From assembly GCA_963665325.3 (NCBI GenBank), contig CAXXWS020000001.1, positions 1 to 64,000 on the forward strand: DNA of 64,000 bases, in the 5' to 3' direction. Numbering within the stretch: the stretch's first letter is position 1; every line of letters starts with the position of its first letter. A model generated the notes under the pieces. The model was not told the DNA's origin. It did not search any database and worked only from the letters and a program-made list of their open reading frames with translations. Source of the DNA: Alphaproteobacteria bacterium. Lineage in GTDB: Bacteria > Pseudomonadota > Alphaproteobacteria > Bin95. A program made the translations under genes and the position numbers. Below are positions 18,745 through 27,384 of the stretch, piece after piece.

Positions 18745-19862
18745 CCCGGAGGCCGATATTCCGGAGAGCGCGCGCTCCCCTGGCGATGCGCGCGGTGGGC
18801 TGGGCGCTCATGGCGGCGGTCCTGGGCTTGCTGCTCTGGATCGTCTTGGGCGGAGTTGCTCACTCCGGCGATCCGAAGGCAGAAGCGCGTGCCATCGGCA
18901 ATGCGGGTACGGCCACCGCGCGCGCAATTGCAAGGGACGCCTCGAAGGCCGCCGCCGTGCCGGGCTATGCCGGCACGAACATCCCGGAGCGCAATATCGG
19001 CGCGAATGCCCTGGAGGACGAAGGCCGGGCCCGGCTCGCCGACCCGGACGATCCCGGCGGGCAGGCGGGACGCAGCGTCGTCGAGGGCGTGACGGTCCGG
19101 CCCCACGTGCCGGTGACGGTGAGCGATCCCGGCATCGCGCGCGGCAAGGCCGTCTCCGCCGATCCCGGCAATGCCGCCCATGGCGCCGACAATCTCGCCT
19201 CGGGCAGCGTTTCCGACTGCGGCGCGGGATTGCAGGACGCGCAGGACGGCGGGGCTTGCGGCTCGGTCCGCTGGTGCGTCGGCGCCGGCTGCGAGACGGT
19301 GGAGCCGGAGGCCAATACCGGCTTCGTCGAGGCCACGACCCGGCTCAACATGACGCTGGAGCTGGGCGGCGAGGAGTTCGACCGCGAGAACCTGCGCTTC
19401 TTCGCCGGCAAGCGGCGGCGCTGCCACATCCATTTCGGGGGGCTCGCGAACTGCTGCAGGAACTCGGGGCTCCTGGTCGGGCTCGCCAACTGCTCGGCCT
19501 CGGAGCGCGAGCTGGCGAAGGAGCGCAACGCCGGCAACACCCACTATCTCGGCCGATACTGCTCGAAGCGCGTCTTCGGCGTCTGCATCCGCCGGTCGCG
19601 GGCCTGGTGCGTGTTCGGCTCGAAGCTCGGACGCATCCTCCAGCAGCAGGCGCGGCCCCAGCTCGGGATCGGCTGGGGCAGCTGCCGGGGTTTCTCGGTG
19701 GCCGAGGTCGAGCGCATCGATTTCGCGAGCCTCGATCTCTCCGAGTTCACGCAGGACCTGATGGACGGCTCGAAGGAGCCGGCGGTGACCCTGCCCGACG
19801 CCGGCGACACGCAGTCGGTCATGCGCGACCGGGTGCGCGACTTCTACGGGAGAAGCCCGTGA
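18741..19862 (+). CDS. traN: Mating-pair stabilisation protein TraN (short form)
   Basis: Cys-rich C-terminus: NCC, HYLGRYCS, CVFGSKLGRILQQQAR.QL, IDFASLDLSEF. Confidence 0.9.
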   Translation: MTRRPIFRRARAPLAMRAVGWALMAAVLGLLLWIVLGGVAHSGDPKAEARAIGNAGTATARAIARDASKAAAVPGYAGTNIPERNIGANALEDEGRARLADPDDPGGQAGRSVVEGVTVRPHVPVTVSDPGIARGKAVSADPGNAAHGADNLASGSVSDCGAGLQDAQDGGACGSVRWCVGAGCETVEPEANTGFVEATTRLNMTLELGGEEFDRENLRFFAGKRRRCHIHFGGLANCCRNSGLLVGLANCSASERELAKERNAGNTHYLGRYCSKRVFGVCIRRSRAWCVFGSKLGRILQQQARPQLGIGWGSCRGFSVAEVERIDFASLDLSEFTQDLMDGSKEPAVTLPDAGDTQSVMRDRVRDFYGRSP

Positions 19863-20719
19863 TGGCGGTCGCGGCGAAGCTCACCCTCTTGCGCGCCCTG
19901 GGACGCGTCCTTGCGGCGATCGGCATATGGGCGGCGCTCGGCGCCCCGGCGGCGGGCGGGGACACTCGTGCCGGAGAATGGCGGTCCTGGTGCACCGATC
20001 CGGGCTCCGGCGCCTCGCTCGGCTGGCACTTCTACTGCGACCGGGAGGAAGAGCGGCGGGAAGCCGAACCGGCGCCGGCGCAGCCGGAACCGTCTGCCGC
20101 CAAGGATGCGCAATCGGCCACCGAGCGCATCATGGCGCTGCGCCGCGCTCTGGAGGAGGCCCGCGCCGAGGCGATCCTCGATCCAACGCCGGCGAAGGTG
20201 ACCGCCTATCTGCGGCTTCAGCAGAAGACCCTGCAACGGGCCGCTGTCTTCTCCGACGCCTTCCGGCGCACGGTCTGGGCGACGCCGGAGCTCGACTACA
20301 CGCTGAAGCGCCCGGTCGGCGCGCTCGCCAAGCAGGTCTGGTCGGACGAACGGCGCGAGGCCCGCGACCGGGCATTGGCGAGCCTGAAGGACCGCTACGG
20401 GCTGATCTATCTGGGCCATGCCGGCTGTGCGGGCTGCAAGGTGTTCGGCCCGCTGCTGCGCGCCTTCGCCATGCGCCACGGCCTCGACGTGCTGGCCGTG
20501 TCGCTCACCGGCGCGGCGCTGGAGGGCTGGCCCGAGGCGGTCGCCGACAACGGGCGCGCCGCCCGGCTCGGCCTCGGCAACGCCCCGGTGCCAGCGCTGG
20601 TGCTGTTCGACACGAGGACGAAGCGCGTCCTGCCGGTCGGCTTCGGCGTGATGGCCGAGGACGAGATGGCCGAGCGCATCTTCGCGCTCACCGCCCTGGA
20701 GCCCGGACATGACTATTGA
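19862..20719 (+). CDS. traF: F-type TraF (thioredoxin-like)
   Basis: GWHFYCD, AILDPT, CAGC, VPALVL. Confidence 0.9.
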   Translation: MAVAAKLTLLRALGRVLAAIGIWAALGAPAAGGDTRAGEWRSWCTDPGSGASLGWHFYCDREEERREAEPAPAQPEPSAAKDAQSATERIMALRRALEEARAEAILDPTPAKVTAYLRLQQKTLQRAAVFSDAFRRTVWATPELDYTLKRPVGALAKQVWSDERREARDRALASLKDRYGLIYLGHAGCAGCKVFGPLLRAFAMRHGLDVLAVSLTGAALEGWPEAVADNGRAARLGLGNAPVPALVLFDTRTKRVLPVGFGVMAEDEMAERIFALTALEPGHDY

Positions 20720-22181
20720 GAATGCTCGCCCTCATATCGGCGGTATCCAGCTCCGGCTGCGCCGGATCGCTCTCGGCATGCTGCCGCACGCCATGATAGC
20801 CGCGACCGTGTTCGCCACCGCGCCGGCGAACGCGGACGTCCTCTCGGAGATGAACCGCTTCTGGCAGGGCGCGGCGGTCAATGTCACCGGCCCGACCGCG
20901 TTCAACGGTCAGGCCTCCGGCCATTGGACGCTGGGCAATCTCTATCTCCGCGCGCCCGTGCGCTCCGAGCAGGTCGCCACCGTGAGCCTGCCCTCCTTCC
21001 GCGCCGGCTGCGGCGGCATCGACGCCTTCGCCGGGGCGTTCTCGTTCATCAACTCGGACCAGCTGATCGCCTTCGGGCGCGCGGTCGCCCAGAACGCCGC
21101 CGGCTTCGCCTTCGAGCTGGCCCTGGAAACCATCTCGCCGGTGATCGCCGAGACCATGGCCAAGCTCAGGGCGCTGGCGCAATGGGTCAACTCGCAGAAC
21201 CTCAACTCCTGCGAGACCGCCCAGGCGCTGGTCGGCGCGCTCTGGTCGAAGAACGACCGGGCGAGCGCGTCGATCTGCGCCGCCATCGGCACCAGCCAGG
21301 GCATCTTCTCCGACTATGCCGCCGCGAAGCACGGCTGCGGCGCCGACGGCAAGCGGAACTCCACCCTCGCCTCGGCCTCCGGGGCGATGGCCGACCAGGT
21401 GCCGGTCAACGTCAACTATGCCTGGAAGGCGATCAGGGCGTCGTCGTTCCTCTCGGGCGACACCCAGCTTGCGGAGTTCGCCATGGCGGTGACCGGCACG
21501 CTGATCGTCACGGCGCCCACCTCCGACGGCGACGCGTCGGGACCGCGGGTGCGCATCCTGGAGCCGCTGGCGCTCGACCGCCGGGTGACGGAAGTGCTGA
21601 TGGAGGGCGGCGGCAGCCTGCCGGTCTATCGCTGCGATACGCCCGACCGCTGCCTCAACCCCACGCTCGGCACGGTATCGATCCCGGCCGACCGGGGCTT
21701 CCGGGCGCGGGTGGCGGAGCTGCTGCGCGACCTCGTCGATGCGGTCAGGAACGATACCGCCCCGCCGGCCGCCGCGCTCGGTCTGGTCAATCTCACCACC
21801 CTGCCGGTCTACCGGGTCGCCAATGCGGCAGCGGCCTATCGCGGCGCGGTGGTCGACCAGGAAATGGACGCGCTCGCCGAGGCCGTGGCGCTGGACGTCA
21901 TGCAGGTCTGGCTCTCCGACCTCCACCGCACGGTCGAGGAACGCGCCGGAACCCTCGACATCGCCGACGGCGAGCAACTCCAGCGTTGGCGCGAGGGTCT
22001 CAGGACCAACCGCATCGCTCTGGCCCGGCACCGCAACGAGGGCTTGGCTCGCTTCAACACCGCGCTCGCCGTGGTCGAGAAGCTGCGCCTGATCGAGACC
22101 GAGCTCGCCGGGGCCCTCTCCGCCGATCTCCGCGCCGCACTCGCCTTCGCACGCGGCGGCGCCGGGGCCGGGTCCCGCTGA
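20709..22181 (+). CDS. traH: F-type TraH
   Basis: LPSFRAGCGGIDAFAGAFSFIN, NSCETAQ. Confidence 0.95.
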   Translation: MTIENARPHIGGIQLRLRRIALGMLPHAMIAATVFATAPANADVLSEMNRFWQGAAVNVTGPTAFNGQASGHWTLGNLYLRAPVRSEQVATVSLPSFRAGCGGIDAFAGAFSFINSDQLIAFGRAVAQNAAGFAFELALETISPVIAETMAKLRALAQWVNSQNLNSCETAQALVGALWSKNDRASASICAAIGTSQGIFSDYAAAKHGCGADGKRNSTLASASGAMADQVPVNVNYAWKAIRASSFLSGDTQLAEFAMAVTGTLIVTAPTSDGDASGPRVRILEPLALDRRVTEVLMEGGGSLPVYRCDTPDRCLNPTLGTVSIPADRGFRARVAELLRDLVDAVRNDTAPPAAALGLVNLTTLPVYRVANAAAAYRGAVVDQEMDALAEAVALDVMQVWLSDLHRTVEERAGTLDIADGEQLQRWREGLRTNRIALARHRNEGLARFNTALAVVEKLRLIETELAGALSADLRAALAFARGGAGAGSR

Positions 22182-22206
22182 CCCGTGAACGGGTGACACC
22201 TTAACT

Positions 22207-25125
22207 ATGTACGAGCTCTTCACCCTCGGCGGCGGCGCCTACCTGGTCGACCTGCTGAACGCGGTGGCCGCCATTACCGGCGGCGGGGCGTTTATCAATC
22301 TCGCGCAGCTGGCCGGCATGGCGGGTCTCGCCTGGGTCCTGTTCCGCACCGCCTTCGGCGGCTCGTGGAAGGACAACGCGAAGTGGATGCTGCTCTTCGC
22401 CGCCGTCTGGGGCGCGATGATCGTGCCGAAGGCGACGGTCAGGGTGGTCGACCGGCTCGATCCGGCGCTGGCGCCGGCGGTGGTCGCCAACGTCCCCATC
22501 GGGCTCGCGCTGTTCGCGTCATTGACCAGCCAGGTCGGCGACGGTCTGACGCGCCTGACCGAACAGGCCTTCGCGCTGCCGAACGATCTCGCCTACCGGC
22601 GCCACGGGCTGATCTTCGGGGCGCGGCTGGCCGGCAAGGCGACCCGGCTCGAAGTGACCGACGCGGTGTTCGCAAGGAACATCCGCAACTATGCCCGCCA
22701 GTGCGTCTTCCCCGCCCTGCTGCTGGGCCATGTCTCGGCGGACGATCTCAGGGAGAGCACCGACATCTGGCGGCTGGTGACCGCCACGGGCACGCCGTCG
22801 GCCGGGGCCTCGCCCGCGCGCATGGTCGAGTTCGCCACCAGGCAGGCCGCCTCCGGCACCGGCGCCACCACCGTAGACCGGACCATCGTCACCTGCCGGG
22901 ATGCGGCGGGCAGGCTGAATGCGCAGTGGAACGCCGAGATCGCGCGGGCCGGCACCATCTTCGGGCGGCGCATCTTCCCCGATGCCAGGACCGATGCGCT
23001 GGCCAGGGCGGAGCTTCTGGCGTCGCTGCCGGCCGCGCACGACTTCCTCATAGGGGCCTCGCGCTCGGCGGGCGAGATCATGCGCCAGCAGATGGTGCTG
23101 AACGCGGTCCACGACGCCGGCGAGCAATGGGCGGCGGAAGCCGGCAACGCCGCCGCCTTGCGGGCCTACACCGAGGCCAGGGCCGAAGCCCAGACCGTCT
23201 CCGCCTACAGGGCGATCGGGCGCCAGGCCGAGACCTGGGTGCCGCTGCTGCGCATCGTCTTCGAGTGCCTCTATGTCGGCGCGTTCCCGATGGCGGTGCT
23301 GCTCATGCTGACGCCTGCCGGGGCGACGATATTCCGGTCGTATGTGACCGGGCTGGTCTGGCTCCAGTCCTGGGGACCGCTCTATGCGGTGCTGCACCGG
23401 ATCAGCATGGGGGAGGCGGCGGAACGCATGTCGGCCGCCGCCGCGATGCCGAACGGCGAGATCGGCATCTCGCTGGTCGCCCAGGCCGGCATCCGGGCGG
23501 TCGCCGCCGATGTCGCGGTGATGTCGGGCTACCTCTCGATGTCGGTGCCCTTCCTCGCCGCCGCGCTCGCCTATGGATTGTCGAAAGCCACGGTGCTCGC
23601 GACCTCGGTGCTGGCCGTGGGCCAGGACGCGGCCAGCTCGGCGGCGCATGAGGGCACGACCGGCAATCTGAGTCTGGCCAACACGGGCTACGACACGCAC
23701 CGCTTCGCGACGCTGGAGGGCCGCCAGATCCGCACCTCGGCCCACGTCGACAGCGACCGCTATACCGGCTATGCGCCGGCGGGCGCGGGCGTCACGGTGA
23801 CCGGGGACGGCACCGTCGTCGCCGATGCGGGACAGGCCACCAGCCGCATCCCGGCGGCGGGCGTGCGGCTGTCGGAGGCGGTCGCGACCAGGTTCGAGCA
23901 GCGGGCCGACCATTCGCGGTCGCTCTCGCGGCACTGGTCGGCCGAGACCGGCATGGCGCGCAACGCCGCCGTCACCGACGCCACCGCGCTGATGGAGCGC
24001 TACAGCCACGACGTCTCCACGGGCGAGGCGTTTGCGCGCGGGGTCACGGAGAGCGAGAGCGCGCAGGCGCAGGCGCTGGAATCGCATTACGAGAAGATGG
24101 CGGAGACGGCCGGCATCACGAAGGACCAGGCGGCGGTGCTGACCGGCCAGGCGAAGGTCGGCGGCAGCTGGGACTTCATCGTCACGGTCGGGGCGGAAGG
24201 CTCGGTCAGGTGGCGCGGCCAGACCATCGAATCCGACGCGTGGAACCGGGTGAAGGAATACGACCGCCAGCACGGCGTCACCGAGACCTGGTCGCAGGTT
24301 GCCGAGGCATCGAGACGGTATTCCACGAACACGGGCGACAGCGAGCTCGCGAGCCTCGACGAGAGCCTGTCGGCCAACCTGACGCGCATGCGCAGCTACC
24401 AGGAGCGGGCCTCGCTGGCGCGCCAGGAGGCGGAGAGCTGGTCCGAGCAGGCGTCGCAGGCGGGCTCGAACGTCCAGGCGGTCGAGCGCGACCTGAGCCA
24501 GCCCTTCTTCGCCTGGCTCTCTGAGAGGGAAGGCGCCGACGGGCGCGCGATCGGCTCGGCCGGCGCGCTGCGCATCGTCCAGCCGCGGACCGCGGAGGAC
24601 GCCGAGCAGCTCCGGGAATACGCCGACGCCTTCGTTGCGGAAAAATTCCCCGCGCCCGCCGGCCCCGATCCGGCGGCGGTCGGCGGAGAGGCGGAGTACG
24701 GCGCCGCCACGGGCGAATTGCGCGACGCCTATGGCCGCGAGACCGCGGCGGGGTACGGCGGCTGGTCGGAGGGGGTGCGCGACCGCGCCGGCGCGGCGGG
24801 CGCGCCCCGGCCGGGCGAGACGGAGCTGCGGGCGATGGAGGAACGGGTCGAGACGAAGACCGACCTCGTGATGAAGGGCACGGCGCGCGAGGCCCGGCAG
24901 ACCGTGACGGGCCGGGAGATCGCCGGGGGCCGCGCCGGCGCCTCGGCCGAGACGAGCAAGCCGTTCGAGCGGCATGTGACGGAGAGCCTGCCGGTGGCCG
25001 GCGACTGGCTCGCGGGCAAGCTGTTCGGCAGCGCGAAGAACGCCGTGCCGGACGCCGCGCCCGGCGGCGCCGGGAGCGCCGGACGGCGGCAGGACGAGAA
25101 GGGCTGGGAGGACTCCTCGCCGTGA
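22207..25125 (+). CDS. traG: F-type TraG (VirB6-like N-terminal domain)
   Basis: MYELFTLGGG..L...NAVAA, VANVPIGL, WLQSWGPLYAVL; long C-terminal region. Confidence 0.92.
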   Translation: MYELFTLGGGAYLVDLLNAVAAITGGGAFINLAQLAGMAGLAWVLFRTAFGGSWKDNAKWMLLFAAVWGAMIVPKATVRVVDRLDPALAPAVVANVPIGLALFASLTSQVGDGLTRLTEQAFALPNDLAYRRHGLIFGARLAGKATRLEVTDAVFARNIRNYARQCVFPALLLGHVSADDLRESTDIWRLVTATGTPSAGASPARMVEFATRQAASGTGATTVDRTIVTCRDAAGRLNAQWNAEIARAGTIFGRRIFPDARTDALARAELLASLPAAHDFLIGASRSAGEIMRQQMVLNAVHDAGEQWAAEAGNAAALRAYTEARAEAQTVSAYRAIGRQAETWVPLLRIVFECLYVGAFPMAVLLMLTPAGATIFRSYVTGLVWLQSWGPLYAVLHRISMGEAAERMSAAAAMPNGEIGISLVAQAGIRAVAADVAVMSGYLSMSVPFLAAALAYGLSKATVLATSVLAVGQDAASSAAHEGTTGNLSLANTGYDTHRFATLEGRQIRTSAHVDSDRYTGYAPAGAGVTVTGDGTVVADAGQATSRIPAAGVRLSEAVATRFEQRADHSRSLSRHWSAETGMARNAAVTDATALMERYSHDVSTGEAFARGVTESESAQAQALESHYEKMAETAGITKDQAAVLTGQAKVGGSWDFIVTVGAEGSVRWRGQTIESDAWNRVKEYDRQHGVTETWSQVAEASRRYSTNTGDSELASLDESLSANLTRMRSYQERASLARQEAESWSEQASQAGSNVQAVERDLSQPFFAWLSEREGADGRAIGSAGALRIVQPRTAEDAEQLREYADAFVAEKFPAPAGPDPAAVGGEAEYGAATGELRDAYGRETAAGYGGWSEGVRDRAGAAGAPRPGETELRAMEERVETKTDLVMKGTAREARQTVTGREIAGGRAGASAETSKPFERHVTESLPVAGDWLAGKLFGSAKNAVPDAAPGGAGSAGRRQDEKGWEDSSP

Positions 25126-25149
25126 GGCGGGACGCGGAAACCCCGGTCT

Positions 25150-25282
25150 CAATCCCTGCGCGTCAGCCGTTCGTTCTCCTCGGCGATGCGCAGATGGGTG
25201 TAGGACCCGCTCTTCGTGGACCACTCGATCGTATCGCGGTTGTCGAACGGTTCGACACGGTGAAACGCCCGCCAGTCGCCGT
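25150..25282 (-). pseudogene. Possible transposase C-terminal remnant (ISKra4-like)
   Basis: Minus strand reads NGDWRAF...HLRIAEENERL*. GGGTGTAGG at ~25196 resembles an IS end. Weak, from recollection of the family only. Confidence 0.3.
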
Positions 25283-25366
25283 TGAGTGTGCTCTCGGTAT
25301 CTGATGGCGGGATGGTCACGTTGTTCGATGGTTTTCAGGCGTCGGGCCGGGCGTGACGGCGGGGGT

Positions 25367-25453
25367 GTCGGACGGCCGTCGGCGCGTCAAGCCGCTTCGC
25401 GGCTCCTGCGCTGCGCTCCGGCCCTTCGGGTGACCCGCCGCCGTCCCTCCGAC
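25367..25453. repeat. Long imperfect inverted repeat with inner hairpins (cruciform)
   Basis: GTCGGACGGCCGTCGGCGCGTCA pairs with TGACCCGCCGCCGTCCCTCCGAC at 19/23 positions and encloses GCCGC-TTC-GCGGC. Confidence 0.7.
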
Positions 25454-25528
25454 GGAGTGCATCCATGGCCGTAAGCAAGCTTCCGGCCACGGGCCGGCCG
25501 CTTTACGCAGTGTGACAATGGGAGCGGT

Positions 25529-25590
25529 GTTACCCGTTACCGTTACCCTCTCTCCCTAGGGGTTCGAGGCGGTAACGGTTTTCGGTAACG
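25529..25590. repeat. GTTACC x3 and inverted GGTAAC x2 around the helicase stop codon (ori-like iterons)
   Basis: GTTACC at 25529, 25536 and 25542; GGTAAC at 25571 and 25584. Confidence 0.8.
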
Positions 25591-26554
25591 TGTCCCTGCG
25601 GTCGTTGCCGTTGAGGGCGGCGAGGCGGTATCCGCCTTCGGATGCGCGCTCGACGCGTCCTTCGCGGACGAGCCTGTGCAGCGCCTCGGCGACGGTTGCG
25701 GGCCGGGTTGCCGCGCGCTCGCGGATCCGGCGCTGGGAGAGCGGCGCGTCGGCGTCGGCGAGGGCCTGCAGGATGCGCCGTTCGGGGGTATCCGGCTCCG
25801 GCGCCTGGTCTTCCGGCGTCTCGCGCAACCGCAGGGCGGGGCGCTCGTCGTCGTCGGCGAGTTCGATCTCGAGGTCTTCGAGGCCAGGGGCGTCGCGATG
25901 CTCGACGGTCATGAGGATCTGGCGGTCTCGCCGGCGCAGGTACAGATTCGAATCGCCCCAGGCGTGAAGTTCGCTGCTGCCGCGCAGCGCCTGCCCGGGC
26001 CGGGAGCCGCCGCTCTTTCGTGCGTGATGGACGAGGAGGACGGCGGTTTCGAAGCGGCGCTGTATGTCGCGCAGGAAGCCCAGCATGGGGGCGACCTCGG
26101 CGACGGTATTTTCGTCGACGCCGTGCAGGCGCACGAGGGGGTCGAGGACGACGAGGCGGGGTGAGACGCGCTCCACCGTCTCGACCAGGCGCTGGCGATC
26201 GGCGCGATGGTCGAGACGCAGCGTGGGCACGTCGATGACGGCGATGTCGAGGGTCTCGAACGCGGTGCCTGCCGCCTTTGCGATGCCCTGGAGGCGTGCG
26301 CGCACGATATGGCCGGCGTCCTCGGCGGCGAACAGCAGCACGGGGCCGCTTGCGGCGGGACGGAAGTGGCGCAGGCAGGGGACGCCGGCGGCGACCGCGA
26401 CGGCGATGTCGAGTGCGAGGAAGGATTTGCCGCACTTGGGCTCGCCGCCGACGATGCCGACGCCCTGCTCGGACCACAACGCCTCGACCATCCAGCGGCG
26501 CGCCTGGGGGCGCTCTTCGAGCTCCGCCGGCGCCCGTGTCGGGAAGCCCTTCAC
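25556..26554 (-). CDS. AAA_25/RSF1010 RepA-like SF4 helicase with C-terminal winged HTH
   Basis: Walker A GEPKCGKS, AAED, Walker B LVVLDP, LLVHHARK, LRGSS. GTG start overlaps the upstream stop. Confidence 0.82.
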   Translation of the reverse strand: MKGFPTRAPAELEERPQARRWMVEALWSEQGVGIVGGEPKCGKSFLALDIAVAVAAGVPCLRHFRPAASGPVLLFAAEDAGHIVRARLQGIAKAAGTAFETLDIAVIDVPTLRLDHRADRQRLVETVERVSPRLVVLDPLVRLHGVDENTVAEVAPMLGFLRDIQRRFETAVLLVHHARKSGGSRPGQALRGSSELHAWGDSNLYLRRRDRQILMTVEHRDAPGLEDLEIELADDDERPALRLRETPEDQAPEPDTPERRILQALADADAPLSQRRIRERAATRPATVAEALHRLVREGRVERASEGGYRLAALNGNDRRDTLPKTVTASNP

Positions 26555-27384
26555 CGCCGCGCCCTCCTCGGCTTGGCGGGTTCGCCCAGGGTCTCGATGA
26601 AGAGCTTCTCGTCGAGGACCTCGCGCTCCTTCTCGGCGGCGGCGGCGAGCAGGGCGTCGGCCATGACGGTGAGCGCCCGCGGGTTGCCGTCGGCATGGGC
26701 GACCAGGGTGTCCTTGAGGCCCGCGGTCATGAGGCCGGGATTGCCGGCCTGCTCGATCAGATGGTCGAGCAGGGCCGCGAGGTCGCCGGCCTCGGCCTTG
26801 GTCATGACCAGGCGCTGGCGGATGCGCGAGGCGATGGGCTGCAGATCGGGCTGGCGGAGCTTGTCGAGCAGGCGCGTGTCGCCGGCGAGGACGACCGAGA
26901 GGATGGCGCGCGAGTCGAAGTCGGTCGAAGCCAGCAGGCGGATCTCGGAGAACACCGAGGGCAGCAGCTCCTGGGCCTCGTCGACGAGCACGACGGGGCG
27001 CATGCGGGTATCGTCGACATGGGCGAGCCAGCGCTCGCGCAGGCTTTTGAAGCTGGCCCAGCGGTTGTTGTACATCAGGTCGACGCCGAACATCTCGCCG
27101 ATCTCGCGGTAGAAGTCGGACAGCCGGGAGGAGGGATGGGTGATGGCGGCGATGCTGAGCCCCTCGCAGCGGCCGAGACGGTCGGCGAGCAGGCGCAACG
27201 CCACACTCTTTCCGGCGCCGGGCTCGCCGGCGATCAAGGCGAAGCCGCCCTGGCGCACCAGGTGGCGCTCGATCCTGAGGCAGAAGCTGTCGACGGCAGG
27301 CGTCGCCATGAGACTGTCGACCGGCAGGTCGGTGGCGAAGGGGTTCCACTTGAGCCCGTAGAAGGTGAGCAGTTCCCGGTTCAT
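26551..27384 (-). CDS. ExeA/TnsC-like AAA+ ATPase (transposition helper)
   Basis: FYGLKWNPF, Walker A GEPGAGKS, Walker B VLVDEAQ, GNPRAL. Confidence 0.88.
   Translation of the reverse strand: MNRELLTFYGLKWNPFATDLPVDSLMATPAVDSFCLRIERHLVRQGGFALIAGEPGAGKSVALRLLADRLGRCEGLSIAAITHPSSRLSDFYREIGEMFGVDLMYNNRWASFKSLRERWLAHVDDTRMRPVVLVDEAQELLPSVFSEIRLLASTDFDSRAILSVVLAGDTRLLDKLRQPDLQPIASRIRQRLVMTKAEAGDLAALLDHLIEQAGNPGLMTAGLKDTLVAHADGNPRALTVMADALLAAAAEKEREVLDEKLFIETLGEPAKPRRARR

Noticed and set aside
25123-25140. TGAGGCGGGACGCGG at the traG stop as the transposon's distal end
   Set aside because: Needs gaps to match the other end and is better explained as the operon's GTGA stop/start overlap. 25283 is preferred but also unproven.
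26551-27384. Type II secretion ExeA/GspA
   Set aside because: No peptidoglycan-binding domain or gsp genes; it is coupled to a DDE transposase.
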